The notes beneath the pieces are model-generated. The model did not search any database. It was not told the origin of the DNA and saw nothing but the letters and a program-made list of their open reading frames with translations. A program made the translations under genes and the position numbers. 64,000 bases of DNA from the human T2T-CHM13v2.0 reference genome, Homo sapiens. Positions 51,421 through 64,000 of the stretch are shown here, piece after piece. Within the stretch, counting starts at the first letter, position 1. The number at the start of each line of letters is the position of its first letter. Location of the stretch: assembly GCF_009914755.1 (NCBI RefSeq), contig NC_060934.1; one strand, written 5' to 3'.

Positions 51421-52910
51421 AGAATCAAGTGACTTCTAAAAATCTTACCTTTGTTGTGATTGTTGTGATTTTTCTGGCCCATGGCTCTAGCATGTTAGGA
51501 AATTGATTATAGATCTCTAGAGATTCTGAAATGCTATGGTCAGAATGCAGTAGGTGCAAATCATGGGGGCTGGGGTTGGATAGGAATCAGAGCAGACTGC
51601 ATATGTGTGTAGAGGTGTCTATATGGAGGTTATGATACATTGGGGTGGAATGGCATGTGGGCACAAAAGGGCAGCTAGAGAATGAGGAGCTTACTGGGAA
51701 TGATTCTGATTTCCTCCACCTTTCACAATAATCTGCCCAATTTCCACTTTTCCTGGAGGCCAGTGCTCCAGGAACATGGACATTTCTAACACCGTAGCTT
51801 TGCAGGAGGATTTACATGGGAGACAGTCCCCAGAGTGGAGGCCTGGGACTTGGCTACCTTTATTGCTCTTTTTACTACTGTCTTTTCAGATGTTATTATT
51901 TAAACATCCCCCTGGTAACTGTAATGGGAACCATCTAGTCTAGCCAAATTCAAAATGAAATGTGACTGTTCTTATTACTTAAGGCTGAGGACAGGCTGAC
52001 TGACAAGCTGGAGGGCCTATTGCAGTCTCAGGCAGTGGCTCTCCAGATGATGAGATGCCTGTGGCTGTTGCAGCACTTGGGCCTCTTTGGTCCACTATTT
52101 CATGAAAGGCTGTTTGCCCTTTGATTAGCACTTTAAAGAGAGCTTTTCTTTAGCTTGACTGAGATGTGGAATCAGATAGAAAAACACTGCTTTCCTGCAT
52201 CCTCAAAGCTATGTTTGAAATTCTTTCCTGATAAGAAATGTTTGAACCAATTGGCTATGATTTAGCTATAGTTTTACAGGGGCCAAAGAGAACCTAGCAG
52301 CTTCCTAGAAAAAAAAAATCTTAGAAGGGAGAAGTACAGCTTCTCTGAAAGAGATCAGACACTTCTTACCATGAGTGAATGTCTAAAATGCTTAAGGAGA
52401 ATTTAGTCTGATTTGGAGGAACCCAGTGAAGACCTTGCAGCCAACTTGTGACTATTCAGCATCTTTTTTTTTTTTTTTTTTTTTTGTGCCAGGTATCACA
52501 TTGAGCACTTTTTCAAACTTGATTTTATGGAAATCTCCCAACAACTCTGGAAGGTAGATAGGATTGGCATCATTGGGCAGATGAGGACACTGAGGCTCAG
52601 CTCACATGTTCATAAAGAGGCAAAATAAGAGCAAGGAATGTGAATTTCAAGCTCCAGGCTTGAAGGTAAAATTTAAAGGAAGGTACTATAATTCTCTAAG
52701 GTTTGTTCCATCAAGGAGTACCAAGATGTGTGGGGAAACAGTGGCAGTATACCAGTTGTTTACTTAGTAAGATGAGTGCCTGCTATGCTGCCAGACACCA
52801 AGTCACAGCAGACCTAGTTCTTGATGTTAATTCACAATCCATTTGAAGAAGTACGATAAATACATGAAATAATTAGATAATGATTAAATGGTAAGGTATG
52901 GTATAAATGT

Positions 52911-53236
52911 GTTTTGTTGTTGTTGTTGATGTTGTTTGTTTGTTTGAGGTAGGGTCTCACTCTGTTGCCCAGGTTGGAGTGCAGTGATGCGGTCATGGTT
53001 CACTGCAGCCTTGACCTCCCAGGCTCAGGGGTCAAGTGATCCTCCTACCTCAGCCTCCCAAGTAGCTGGGACTACAGGTGCTTGCTACCATTCCCGGCTA
53101 ATTTTTGTATTTTTTATAGAGGTGGGGTTTTGCCATGTTGCCCAAGCTGTTCTTGAATTCCTGAGCTCAAGTGATCTGCCCACCTCAGCCTCCCAAATTG
53201 CTGCAATTACAGACACATGTGCCAGTGCGCCTGGCC
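52911..53236 (-). mobile_element. AluJ-like, antisense, with (TTG)n tail
   Basis: gttttgttgttgttg...gaggtagggtctcactctgttgcccagg...cactgcagccttgacctccc...gcgcctggcc. Confidence 0.92.
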
Positions 53237-54361
53237 AGTATGGGAAACATTTTAGTTGCCGTTAGATATCAAAGATGTGATTGAAGACAGAGTGGCTGTA
53301 AAGGGGTTCATGGCTATACAGAAAAGAGGGAGCAAGGACATTCCTGGTGGGTGGAACAGTGTGAGCAGACATGGAGTGGTAGGAATGTGCCTGGACAGTA
53401 GAGGAAAGTGAGAGGTGAAAAGGGCTACAGATACCTTTGGCTAGGGCCAATTGCCTTGTTGACTCCTCTTATAAATCCAGTTGTAATTGGCATAAATCTC
53501 TGATTAATTGTTCCACCAGCAGAACTAACAGCCAAAGTGAAGGGTAGAAAGATCATTTTGCTTAGAAAATTATGCAAACCCCAAAGCTGCAGAGGTTTTT
53601 TTTTCTTTTTTTAAATGAAGCCTTTTCCACTTAAAAAACTGTGACCACATGCCTAGCAGGGATCATTCTTTTAAATACAGCCTTAGCACAACGCAGAGGC
53701 TCAGCACTGAGCTTAAATGCATTGTTTAGCCTCTAGTAACTGCATCCGATAAAGTCGTTGAAAATGAACCAGAGCTGCTTCCATTGATCTGTTTTTCAAT
53801 TCTCTGTTGTTTGCTGGAAGAGCCTGATTTTACTTTGCCCAAAGTAAGTCATTCGAGTAATCGGCAAATCCGGTGGAACTCCCAAGTCATCACCTCTCAG
53901 GCTGGCTGCTTGATTCATAACCTTCAGATTGTCGCCAGGCTTGCCAGCAACTCAGAGGCACACTCTTGTTTGTGCCAAGGAACACAAAAGCAGAATCCAT
54001 GCCTGCAGAGGGGGTATTGGATGATGGTAGGGTATACTGGGGACTGGCAACAGCCTGGAAGGAAAAAGCTTATTTTGATCAATGGATTGCTGTGTGGGCT
54101 CAGGGGGAGGGATGGTGTGGTGACTGAGAGCATGGGCTTTGGAGATTCACTTTCCAGGGAAAATGCTCAGCTGGCTGTTTACCACCTATGTGACTTTAGT
54201 GCCTTGCTTCACTCCGCTCTGAGCTCCCGTTTCCTCATGTGGATGTGAGGACTAAGTGAAATAATAACCTCTATTGAAGAACATTGGACATGTTGGTAAT
54301 CTCTGTGATCTAATGATCAAGAAACAGGCCACTTGCAGGGAAGAGTTTTGGCCAGCTAGAG

Positions 54362-54696
54362 CAGGGGTTGGCAGACTCCTGTAAAGGGCCACACAGTAAA
54401 GATTTTAGGCTTTGCTGGCCATAGGGCTTTTGTTGCAACTATTCAATCCTTCTAGCCTAGTGGGTGAAAGCAGCCATAGACAGTATGGAGACAAATGGGC
54501 ATCTGTGTGTTCCAATAAAACTTTATGAACACTGAATCTTGAATTTCATATAATTTTCACATGCATGTCATAAAATATAATTCTTCACTTGCTTTTCCCC
54601 CCCAACCATTTAAAATGTAAAAATAACTCTCAGCTTGTGGGCCGTCCAAACCATAGAGCTGGCCAGACATGGCCCGTGGGTTGTAGTTTGACCCTG
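54362..54696. mobile_element. MER58B-like hAT-Charlie MITE
   Basis: caggggttggcaga...ctgtaaagggccacacagtaaagattttaggctttgctggccata...tgttccaataaaacttta...ggcccgtgggttgtagtttgaccctg. Confidence 0.85.
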
Positions 54697-54864
54697 AACA
54701 AGAATGCCCATGGGTTTTTATCCATTGTAAATATATTAAAAATACCATTTGAATTTTTGACAGTTTTTACATATTTCCCCTAGCTATAAATTGCTTCTCC
54801 AATTGCACTGCCTAATGAAATATTGAAAATATACTTTTTATGAAATGGCTTAGAAGTTTCCTTA

Positions 54865-55385
54865 TTTCTTTAAAAAAGTTTTATTGAGATATAATTGATA
54901 TATACAAAATTGCACATATTTAATGTATACATTTTGATGAGTTTGGATGTATATGTACAACCATGACCATCACCACAATTGCAGTTACTAAACATATCCT
55001 ATCATCTCCAAAAATTACCTTTTGTTCTTTTGTGAGTTTTTTTGGGTAAGAACATTTAACATGAATTCTGTCCTCTTGATGTATTTTAAAGTGTACAATA
55101 ATGTATTGCTAAATACAGACACTATGTTATACATCAGATTTCTAGAACTTACTCATCTTGCATAATTGGAACTTTATGTGCATTGAAGAACTCTTCATTT
55201 TCACCTCCTCCTGCCCCTGGCAATTATCACTCTATTCTCTGCTTCTATGAGTTTGACTATTTTAGATACCTTATGTAAGTAAAATCATAAAGTATGTGTC
55301 CTTCGATGATTGGCTTTTTTCACCTAACATAATGTCCTCTTGGTTCACCAATGTTGTCATAAATGGTATATTCAGCTTTTGTTAA
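54865..55385 (-). mobile_element. L1MA/MB-type 3' UTR, antisense
   Basis: ttttattgagatataattga...ctatgttatacatcagatttctagaacttactcatcttgcataa...ctctgcttctatgagtttgactattttagatacc. Confidence 0.85.
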
Positions 55386-55824
55386 AAAAATAAAATAAAA
55401 AACACTCCTCATTTCTTATCAAAACCCCACATATAAGTCTCACCTCTTTCAGGAAGCCCAAGTTCTTTCTCATTTCCTTATATTGAATTCCTTTCATGGG
55501 GCTCACAGTGACTCACAGGTGTATCTTGCTTGGTGTGTACTTTTTCCAATGGAGCCCACATTTGCAAAATCAGAAACATCTGGCAGCACTAAGTCCAACA
55601 CCCTGTAGTCCAACATTCTCCTGAAGCTGCATGGCAACTGCCCACTTCGGACAGGGTATGCTGTTTCTGCCCCACCCCTCACCTGGTGTACACATGTCCT
55701 CTCCGGCTGTCCCGTTTCACTCCTTGTTCGTTGAAGTTGCCCTCCTGCTCTGGTAAGATTTTAAATTTGTGATTCACAATTTGGATTCTATATCTGCAAT
55801 TTCATAACTACATTATTGTCTTAC

Positions 55825-56420
55825 AGGTTTTTGTTGACATTTAAGAAATACAGAATAATGCAAAGAATAATATTACAAAGCTTGTGTACCCACCACCTGA
55901 AATTAATAAATATTAATCTGTTATCACTTTGATTCAGATTTTTAAATAAAATATACAGGAAATCCTAGATAGAATTGATATTTTCATTATTGTCCATCTC
56001 AGACTTATTATCCTTACTCCTTCCACAACCCCTTCTAGAACATATGTGGACACTTTCAGCACTTATGTATTCATAGAAATATATGTGGTATCACTTTATA
56101 TGTTTTCTAAATGTCTAATTTATAAAAATAATATTCTTCTACATGATTTTTTCTCTCAATATTATCTATCTGGGGTCATATCCATCTGGTCCAGGCACTT
56201 TTCGTGCTATATGGCATGTTGTCATGATATAAATATGCACAATTTATTTATCTATTTTCTTATCAATGGAAATTTAGGTTATTTCTAGCTATGTGCTCTT
56301 ACAAACAGTATTACCACATCTTTATGTATGCCTCCAGGTACATACATGGAAGAAGTTCTCTGAGTTGCAAGCCAGAAGTGGAATTGGTGGGTCATGGTGA
56401 ATTGACATTATCACAAATAA
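55825..56420 (-). mobile_element. Very old L1 (L1ME-like) fragment
   Basis: aatacagaataatgcaaagaataatatt...gtacccaccac...atggaaatttaggttatttctag...ccagaagtggaattggtgggtca. Confidence 0.6.
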
Positions 56421-56828
56421 TGCACTCTTATTATGCAACAATAATGCAATAATAATTCTTGTACTATTTTCTGATTGTTTTACATGTGGATTATCTTTGC
56501 AGATAGAATGCCAGGGCTTTTTATTTGTTCTGTAAGATTGAGGAGGCTTGCAACTGTGTCTTATTTATTATCTCCCATAGCACTGAACATAATTGTCCTC
56601 GTGCATAGGTGATGCTCAGCAAATATATGGTGAGTAAGTAATTCTGTTGGACTCGATGGCAAACTAAGAGCAGGTACTGAACTTTATACTTTTTCTGATT
56701 CTTTTTATTTTTTGGTTCAGGAATTGACATAAAGTAGGAAACTGAGAAATGTCATGACATTTTAATGACATAAGAAAACACAGTGTCCCTCTTTCCCTTC
56801 CTCTCTTATAGCTCTTTAAATTTCCCTA

Positions 56829-57154
<326 letters not shown>

Positions 57155-58211
57155 CTAAATCCCATCTCAAATATCCATCTTCTCCCTTGTTTCCATCTCT
57201 TAGAGTCTCTGTCATTGCTCAACTCCAGACTTATCTTCTACAGGTTCACAGACCACATTTTCTCACCCACAGTTATGGACCTTAAACTTTCAAGCCCATT
57301 ACAGGGATTTAGTTAGTTTTGAGAAAAGAATCAAAGTTGTTTGGACTAGGATGATTTATTTTTATTCATTTTAGAAATCATCTTTCTTCCTTTTGCTTCT
57401 TCTCTCCCAATGCTTTTTAGTCTCTTTCTCGGTTTTCCTTCCACCCACCTCTTCCCCCCATATTTATTTTCAAGCCTTTCAATCTTTGCCGCTTTCCACT
57501 ACCTTGCCAATCATTGTATTGTGTAACTAACAGTCTCCACTTACAGGATTCTTGCTGTTGATCCCCTGCCTATTTCTATTAAGGTCTAGTTCATGTCTGG
57601 CCTTCGCTCAGTGCAATTCGCCCTGTAGCCACTGACCTCCTTTACCACTAATCCCATCTACATCCTAATGGGAAAACAATCAGGTGGCATGGACACACAC
57701 CAATAGCCAAGAATGTGGCCTGAATTTCTGGAGACCAACAGCTGTTGTCTGCTGATGTCTGGCCTTGCCACAACTATGCTCTTTCTACTTTGATTTGAAA
57801 TCTGTCCTCAGCAGCTTCCTTCATGGAGGGAGGGAAAGGAGGAGGGCTTTTGGAGGCAGAGGAAAAAGGAGGCATGGGGAGCCAGGCCTTTCAGAGAGAA
57901 CTGAACTCTTATAGGAACACTTAAAAGAGGATTCGGGAGTCCACATGAATCAAGTGTTGCTATTACAAGAACATTTATTATTTCTTTACTCAACAATACG
58001 TATCGATAGCTTACTACAAGGCAGGCACTGTTTTAAGAGTTCTAGAAGCTGGGCTAGGGCATAAACAAAATAGTCAGGGTCACTGTTAAGAAGTTTATAT
58101 TTTAAAAGCCACTTCCATCCTCAGTAGAGGAAAGATCAATTTTGAAGGAGGTTTATTTCAGCTCTGACATTCATGGAATCAGTTCTATAATCCAATTCTG
58201 AGCTTTTTAAA

Positions 58212-58249
58212 TGGTGGTGGTGGTGCTGCTGCTGCTGGTGGTGGTGGTG
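58212..58249. repeat. Compound (TGG)n(TGC)4(TGG)n trinucleotide repeat
   Basis: tggtggtggtggtgctgctgctgctggtggtggtggtg. Confidence 0.9.
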
Positions 58250-60449
58250 TGTGTAACTGAGTAAAAGAGAGAAAAAAAATTGGGGGAGATAGATAGTGCT
58301 AAGGCTTAAGGGCTTCAGGGTACCTCTAACTTCCAAAGATTCTAACCCTGGCTTCAGTTTGATTTTTGCTTTTTGCCTAGCCTGAGAAAGAATAACATGC
58401 CAATGAATCAAAGGAACATCACAGAATATTAAAAGCATTACCTCCAGTGAGGCTTTTATTTTCTTATCTACAGATTTTTTTAGTTTTCAAATTTTTCATG
58501 ATGAGAGTGCATTATTTTTATAATGAGAAAAAGGGAAATCATTTATCAAAATGATAAATTTAAAATGACATTTTAAAAAATCATCTCCCAGATAATGAAA
58601 GGGAGGGGCTGCATTTGAGTTTATCCTGATGATGATGTGGGTCACTCTTACTCTCCCTTTGAGGTTGTGATCTGGAGGAAGAAAGAGCCTCAACTGTGTA
58701 CCATCACTTCCCAGTGCTAACCAATGCCCTGATGAAATTAATACTAAATCATTTCAAATAAACATACTACTAGAACCCAATAAGAGGTAAGAATGGGAAA
58801 TAGACAAATTCTACTTGTAAAATAAAATTTCAGGAAATTGCTAAATAGTGGCTTCTGCTGAAACAGTTCTCTAATTTCTTCAAGGTCATCTGGTTAATTT
58901 ATGCTGCATTTGTAAGTTATTGTGTATTTTAAAAATTAATGAAAGATTTAATTATAGCAGGGTTGCCTGTGACCTTTTGTGAAATGACTTCATCATAAAT
59001 CTGCAGGCATTTTAGAACTGTTTTCCAGGTTTGTAATAATTTGCTCTCAAATTAATGACATCCAGCCAGTAAAAGGAGTTGAAGCTGGGTGAAAGGATTG
59101 AGTCGGGATTTGTGGTTACCTAGCAATGGCTAATTCTGAGTCCTGGATGGAGGTGGTAGAGGAGATGGTGTATGACTCACCGGAATCCACAGCACGTTTA
59201 ACTATTTGCTTAGAGGAATGAGAAATAAATCCAGTGTGTCAATAGGGAGAAGTTGTATGTAGCCAGAGTGGGTCACTGGAGAGCAGTTGATTACAGTTCA
59301 TTTATCTACATATGAATGTAGGGTAACCCCTGGACCAATGTGAGAATTTCTCTTCTTCCCTCACTTCTAGCAGGGGTTCTTTATTTGTAAATTGAGGGTC
59401 TTTGCCTGCCCTCAGCTTGCTGGCTACCCATGAAACCCATTTTAGACTCTAGCGCCCTAGTATTTCTGACTTTCACCCACGCAAGTGGCTCAATGAGCAG
59501 CATAGTTAAGCTGTCTCTGGATAGGAGTAGGCTCATTTCATCTTTGTCCCTGTCATTCTGATGATTCATTTGATCCAATAAAGTGAGAGGAAAGGCTGTG
59601 CAGGGGAATGCCACGTCTTAGCACATCAAAGATCCTCTGTCTTAGAAGAAACTGGTAGTGCACATCTGTAGTTACAGAATGGCAGGCTGGAGTTTGGAAA
59701 ATGCAGAGCACCCTTTAGGCGCAGGAGCCTGGGAGAAAAGGCAGTGAAATCTGGAAAGTAAGTCTTGGCTGAAGCCTTTCCTAGTTAACTGCAGTCCTGG
59801 ATGTGAATCACTTCTCTACTCTGCATTCCTCAAGTTTTCATGGTGCTGCGGTCACATATGGCACACCATGACTCTGCAAGCTGAAAGTTTCCCATGAAGA
59901 GCAGTCAGCTTGGAAGAAAGAGCTGGCTGTCAAGAGACTTGGGTTCCAGATCTTTGTGTCCTTGAGCAGGCCTTAGTTTCCCCAGCTAGCATGTGAAAAG
60001 GTTGGTCAGAAGCTCATCCATAAAGACCCCTCCAGCACTGAAACTTTATAATTCTGTTTGTTCTTTTGTATGCCTCAGGGATTCCCAACTGGAGGCTAAG
60101 CCAATAGACTCATAGCTCAGAGTCAACTACATAATTCTTCATGCAGTAGATGCTTTAGCCTTTGAGACAAATAGGGTCATAATTGGAACTTTCTAGATAA
60201 CCTCTTCTCTGCAGATTTCTCCTTTTTTCCTCCAACTGTACTTTCAGTTTTATATATTTCAAGGCATTTCTGCCTTTTATGCAAACAGGCTATTAGGAGC
60301 TGGAGGTGAGAGCATCCCATTGCCCATACCTCAGTGCCAAACTGTGCAGTTAAATGATTGCTAATGAGTCATGAAGGACTTAAAAAAGAGTAACAGCCTT
60401 GCTGAAAACACACATTGCTGAGAATTGTTTTAGAATGGTTGCTGCAAAT

Positions 60450-60625
60450 GCCTAAATTTGACCCCTGGCTTCATCATTTACTTGCTGTGTAACCTTGTCA
60501 GATGAGTTATTTAACTTTTCTGAACCTCAGTTTCCTCATCTGTTAAATGGGAGTAACGAATAAAATGAGATGATCCATGCATAGTTGTTAGCATACCCTC
60601 AGTGTTCAATAATTTTTCACTAATA
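60450..60625 (+). mobile_element. MIR SINE
   Basis: ctggcttcatcatttacttgctgtgtaacctt...tatttaacttttctgaacctcagtttcctcatctgttaaatggg. Confidence 0.8.
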
Positions 60626-60640
60626 TTAGTAATATTAATT

Positions 60641-60933
60641 GTTATTATTATTTTTGAGACGGAGTCTCGCTCTGTCACCTCGGCTGGAGTGCAGATCTCA
60701 GCTCACTGCAACCTCTGCCTCCCGGGTTTAAGCAGTTCTCCTGCTTTAGCCTCCTGAGTGGCTGGGATTACAGGTGCGTGCCACCACGCCAAGCTAATTT
60801 TTGTATTTTTGGTAGAGACGGGACGGGGTTTCACCATATTGGTCAGGATAGTCTTGAACTCCTGACCTCATGATCTGCCCACCTCGGCCTCCCAAAGTGC
60901 TGGGATTTCAGGCGTGAGCCACTGTGCCTGGCC
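60641..60933 (-). mobile_element. AluS, antisense, with 14-bp TSD
   Basis: gagacggagtctcgctctgtc...gtgagccactgtgcctggcc; TSD tagtaatattaatt at 60627 and 60934. Confidence 0.95.
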
Positions 60934-61822
60934 TAGTAATATTAATTATTATTGTTATTTGACTGAGATCTGCTGATCTACTGTTTGCAAAGTCTTATGG
61001 GTATGGATCATGGGGATATAAAAGCATAAGGCACACTGTCTGCCCACAAAGTTCTTAGACATCCAGCAAAGACAAAGTAAATAATCATAATATATAACCA
61101 TACTAATAATTGTTTAAAATTATTAATTTGTTAATTTATAGCAATCACTATAAAATACAACTCAAAATCGTGTTAGATACTGCTATTATCCTCATTTTGC
61201 ACATGAGGAAAGTAAGTTTAAAGTGTGTAAGGAACCCTCTGTAGTTCCAGGATTGGGGCTCTCATCTGGGCCATCTAATATGAACACTTTTGTGCTTAAG
61301 CACTTTATTCTACAGCCACTCAGACAATAAATATGTGACAAGCACCTGTGATGCATAAGGCACAACTTATGTGAGTTGCAAAGTTCTAAGAAGTTAAAAT
61401 CTAGCAAAGAGAATAAGACACTTATGTACATATGCTATGATTTTTGATACATTTTGGAAGTGCTGTGGGTCATACCCAAAATACAGATAAAATGCTAAGA
61501 AATTCAGAGGAGAGTGATTTTATTTTCTTCTGAGGAAGGAAAAGAAGCAAGGAGGAAAGATCAGAGAGGACATAATAGAAAGGTAGTATTTGAATTACAA
61601 GTAAAAGGAATAACCTACCAAGAAAATAGAATAATCTCAAAACCTGTACAGTTTTGTGGTTATATAATATAAAGACTATAAAACATGCAAGGAGAAATGA
61701 AAGGTTTGCAATCGTAGGAAAACATTTTGATAAACCTCACTTAGAAACCAATAGACCAAGTAGTCCAAAGGTTAGTATGATTTTGAATATTGAATAACAT
61801 TATTAGAAAGCTTGATTTAAAG

Positions 61823-62121
61823 CAGCAGTCCCCAACCTTTTGGGAACCAGGGACTGGTTTCGTGGAAGACAGTTTTCCATGGGTGAGAGTGCAGGTGGGG
61901 GGTGTTGATTTCGGGAAGAAACTGTTCCACCTCAGATCATCAGGCATTAGTTAGATTCTCATAAGGAATGCACAACCTAGATCCTTTGCATGTACAGTTC
62001 ATAGTAGGGTTCATGCTCCTGTGAGAATCCAATACCACAGCTGACCTGACAGGAGACAGAGTTCAGGCAGTAATGCTCGCTCCCTAGCCACTCACCTCCT
62101 GCTGTGCGGCCCTGTTCCTAA
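61823..62121. mobile_element. MER1B-like hAT MITE, one end missing
   Basis: cagcagtccccaaccttttgggaaccagggactggtttcgtggaagacagttttcc...aaactgttccacctcagatcatcaggcattagttagattctcataagg. Confidence 0.88.
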
Positions 62122-64000
62122 ACATTTAATATATTTCAACATGTTGACCATACACTGAGCCAAATACAATGTCTAGACTACTTTCAAAGAGCTGATTATC
62201 ATTGAAACCACATTCTCTTTAAATATTTGCAATTAAATTAGAGATTTTAAATAAAATGATGGTGATGAAAACAAAGAATAAAAAACTTCAGTTTTTTATA
62301 TTCTATATGACTTCCATGCCCATACTCACATTAATAAATTTGTATGCCTTTGAAAAGAAAAAGGAAGAAACCTCATACATTTGGAAACAAAACCGTGAGT
62401 TCTTTATGAATCATTTTGTTTCTTAAAGAGGAAATAAGGATGGTCTCTGGAAAATATTTAGATTTGAAAAGCTTTTCTCCTGCCCCTTTTATCCTCCAAT
62501 CAAAACCTACTACCTGTATTTTGACCTAAGGCTTACAGAATGAGTAGGAGTTGGACAAGACAAGGTGTGGGGTAAGCCATCCCAAGCAGAGGAAAAGCAT
62601 GTTGAAGCCTGCGTCTCTTGATGCAGAGGCTTCTAGCCTGAAGACTGACAGTCCAGTCAAGGCAGTAACAGAAAGAAGAAACTCAGGAAGGGGCTGGCAG
62701 AGTCGGCTTCACCCTGCTCTGTTTCTGAAGATGTTATTCCGGCAGATGGAAATGGGACAGTTGGTGGTTAGAAGAACTCGAGTTGCAGGCACTGGAGTCT
62801 CTGAGGACAGAAAAGAAGGACGTCCCAGTTGTGAGTCAATGGCAAATCAAACTCAACAATATTATCTTAGTTGAGTTTGATCAAAGATGCACTCAATAGT
62901 CAGCCTGCAGTGAAGTCCACTAATATAACTCCCAAAGCACTGTTTGTTCTTCCTTTTCGACGTTTTTTAGTGGCTTCCTAGGAACAAATTCTGATTCTTT
63001 CTTGAAGGATTGTGGTCAACCATTCTCTTCTTGAAACTTCTCTCAGCTTTCATAACTATGCATAAAAGTTGGCATAATTGGGAGGCTACAAAAGAATCAA
63101 ATGACTAGGCAGGCGAGAGTCAAGTAACCCAGGGCTGCTCTCCTATAAAGAGGAAAACATCTTTACAGAGCCTAGTCCTCTAATTACATTTAGTGTGGCA
63201 TTCTTTCCACCTAAATTATAGCAATTATATACAGAGATCCCCTTTGAAATCATTTAATTAATGAGTAGCTAACCCTCTCTGTGTATAGAATTCTAATGAG
63301 GTCTTTTATTTTTGTGAACCGCCTCCCTCCCTCAAATTAATTACTCCCCTTCCTGAAAGGCTTACTCAGGCCTGAATGGTGGATTAAAGGAGGTGGGTTA
63401 TTTAGGGTCCCAGCAAATCATATTTGTTTGTGGAAATCCTAGCACAGTCCAGGGTGACAAGGGACAGAGCATTTGCTGCAATTACTTGCCTGAGATTGTT
63501 TCTGTCCTTCTATATTCCAAATGATACACAACTCAGCCACATTCTTTGACCCAGAAATAAGGGCAGATGAAGCTATTACCTCAATTTTGGAAGAAGTGAA
63601 TGATTTTGTTAGATTAATTCTATCATTAATCAACCCAGAAGTATTTATTAAGCATCTGTTATATGAAAGAAGTACCAGTGCAGACAAAGATGAATGACTG
63701 TAATAGATAAATCCTTTGTGTATAGGGTTACCAGGAGATGGATAGCTTTGATGTAGACATTGAGGTGTACTTTGAGGTAGACATGGGGATTGAAAGAAAA
63801 TAAACTCTTAGAAATGGTCTCGAAAGGGCCACATTCCCTGTAGGCTATTTCTGCAACTCATTCTTTGAACACATGTCACTGATTTCAAACAATCTTTTAT
63901 TAAAAAGATAAGTCCTTGAGAGATGAAGTGATTTGCTCAAGGTCACCTACTTAATTTTATGGCAGACCATGTCTAGGAAAAGCCAAGTCTTCTATTTCCC

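Noticed and set aside
53784-54248. 154-aa ORF, among the longest in the window
   Set aside because: It has a non-ATG start, no recognisable homology, runs into MIR-like sequence and does not match VPS10 or SORCS sequence.

Overview
Primate (most likely human) genomic DNA lying entirely inside the neuronal VPS10-domain receptor gene SORCS3, on the + strand. Seven internal coding exons (9630-9719, 17850-18029, 27371-27517, 29125-29227, 34536-34612, 37491-37582, 48299-48406; 797 nt) have canonical AG/GT ends and splice into one open frame. That frame encodes part of the VPS10 beta-propeller with Asp-box/BNR motifs. From memory these are probably exons 8-14, which I have not verified. The rest is intron, rich in Alu, MIR, L2, old L1, MaLR/ERV1 LTRs, hAT/mariner MITEs and microsatellites. 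Repeat subfamily names come from recalled consensus sequences and need Dfam/RepeatMasker confirmation. Apart from the few ORF-track entries that run in frame through real exons, the ORFs look spurious. I see no new protein-coding system. The most interesting signals are splicing hypotheses: exons that begin with 5' splice-site motifs, candidate microexon/poison exons, an exon whose acceptor tract is a MIR-tail (TTG)7 repeat, and inverted Alus plus an exact 20-bp direct repeat bracketing the last exon. All of these need RNA data.
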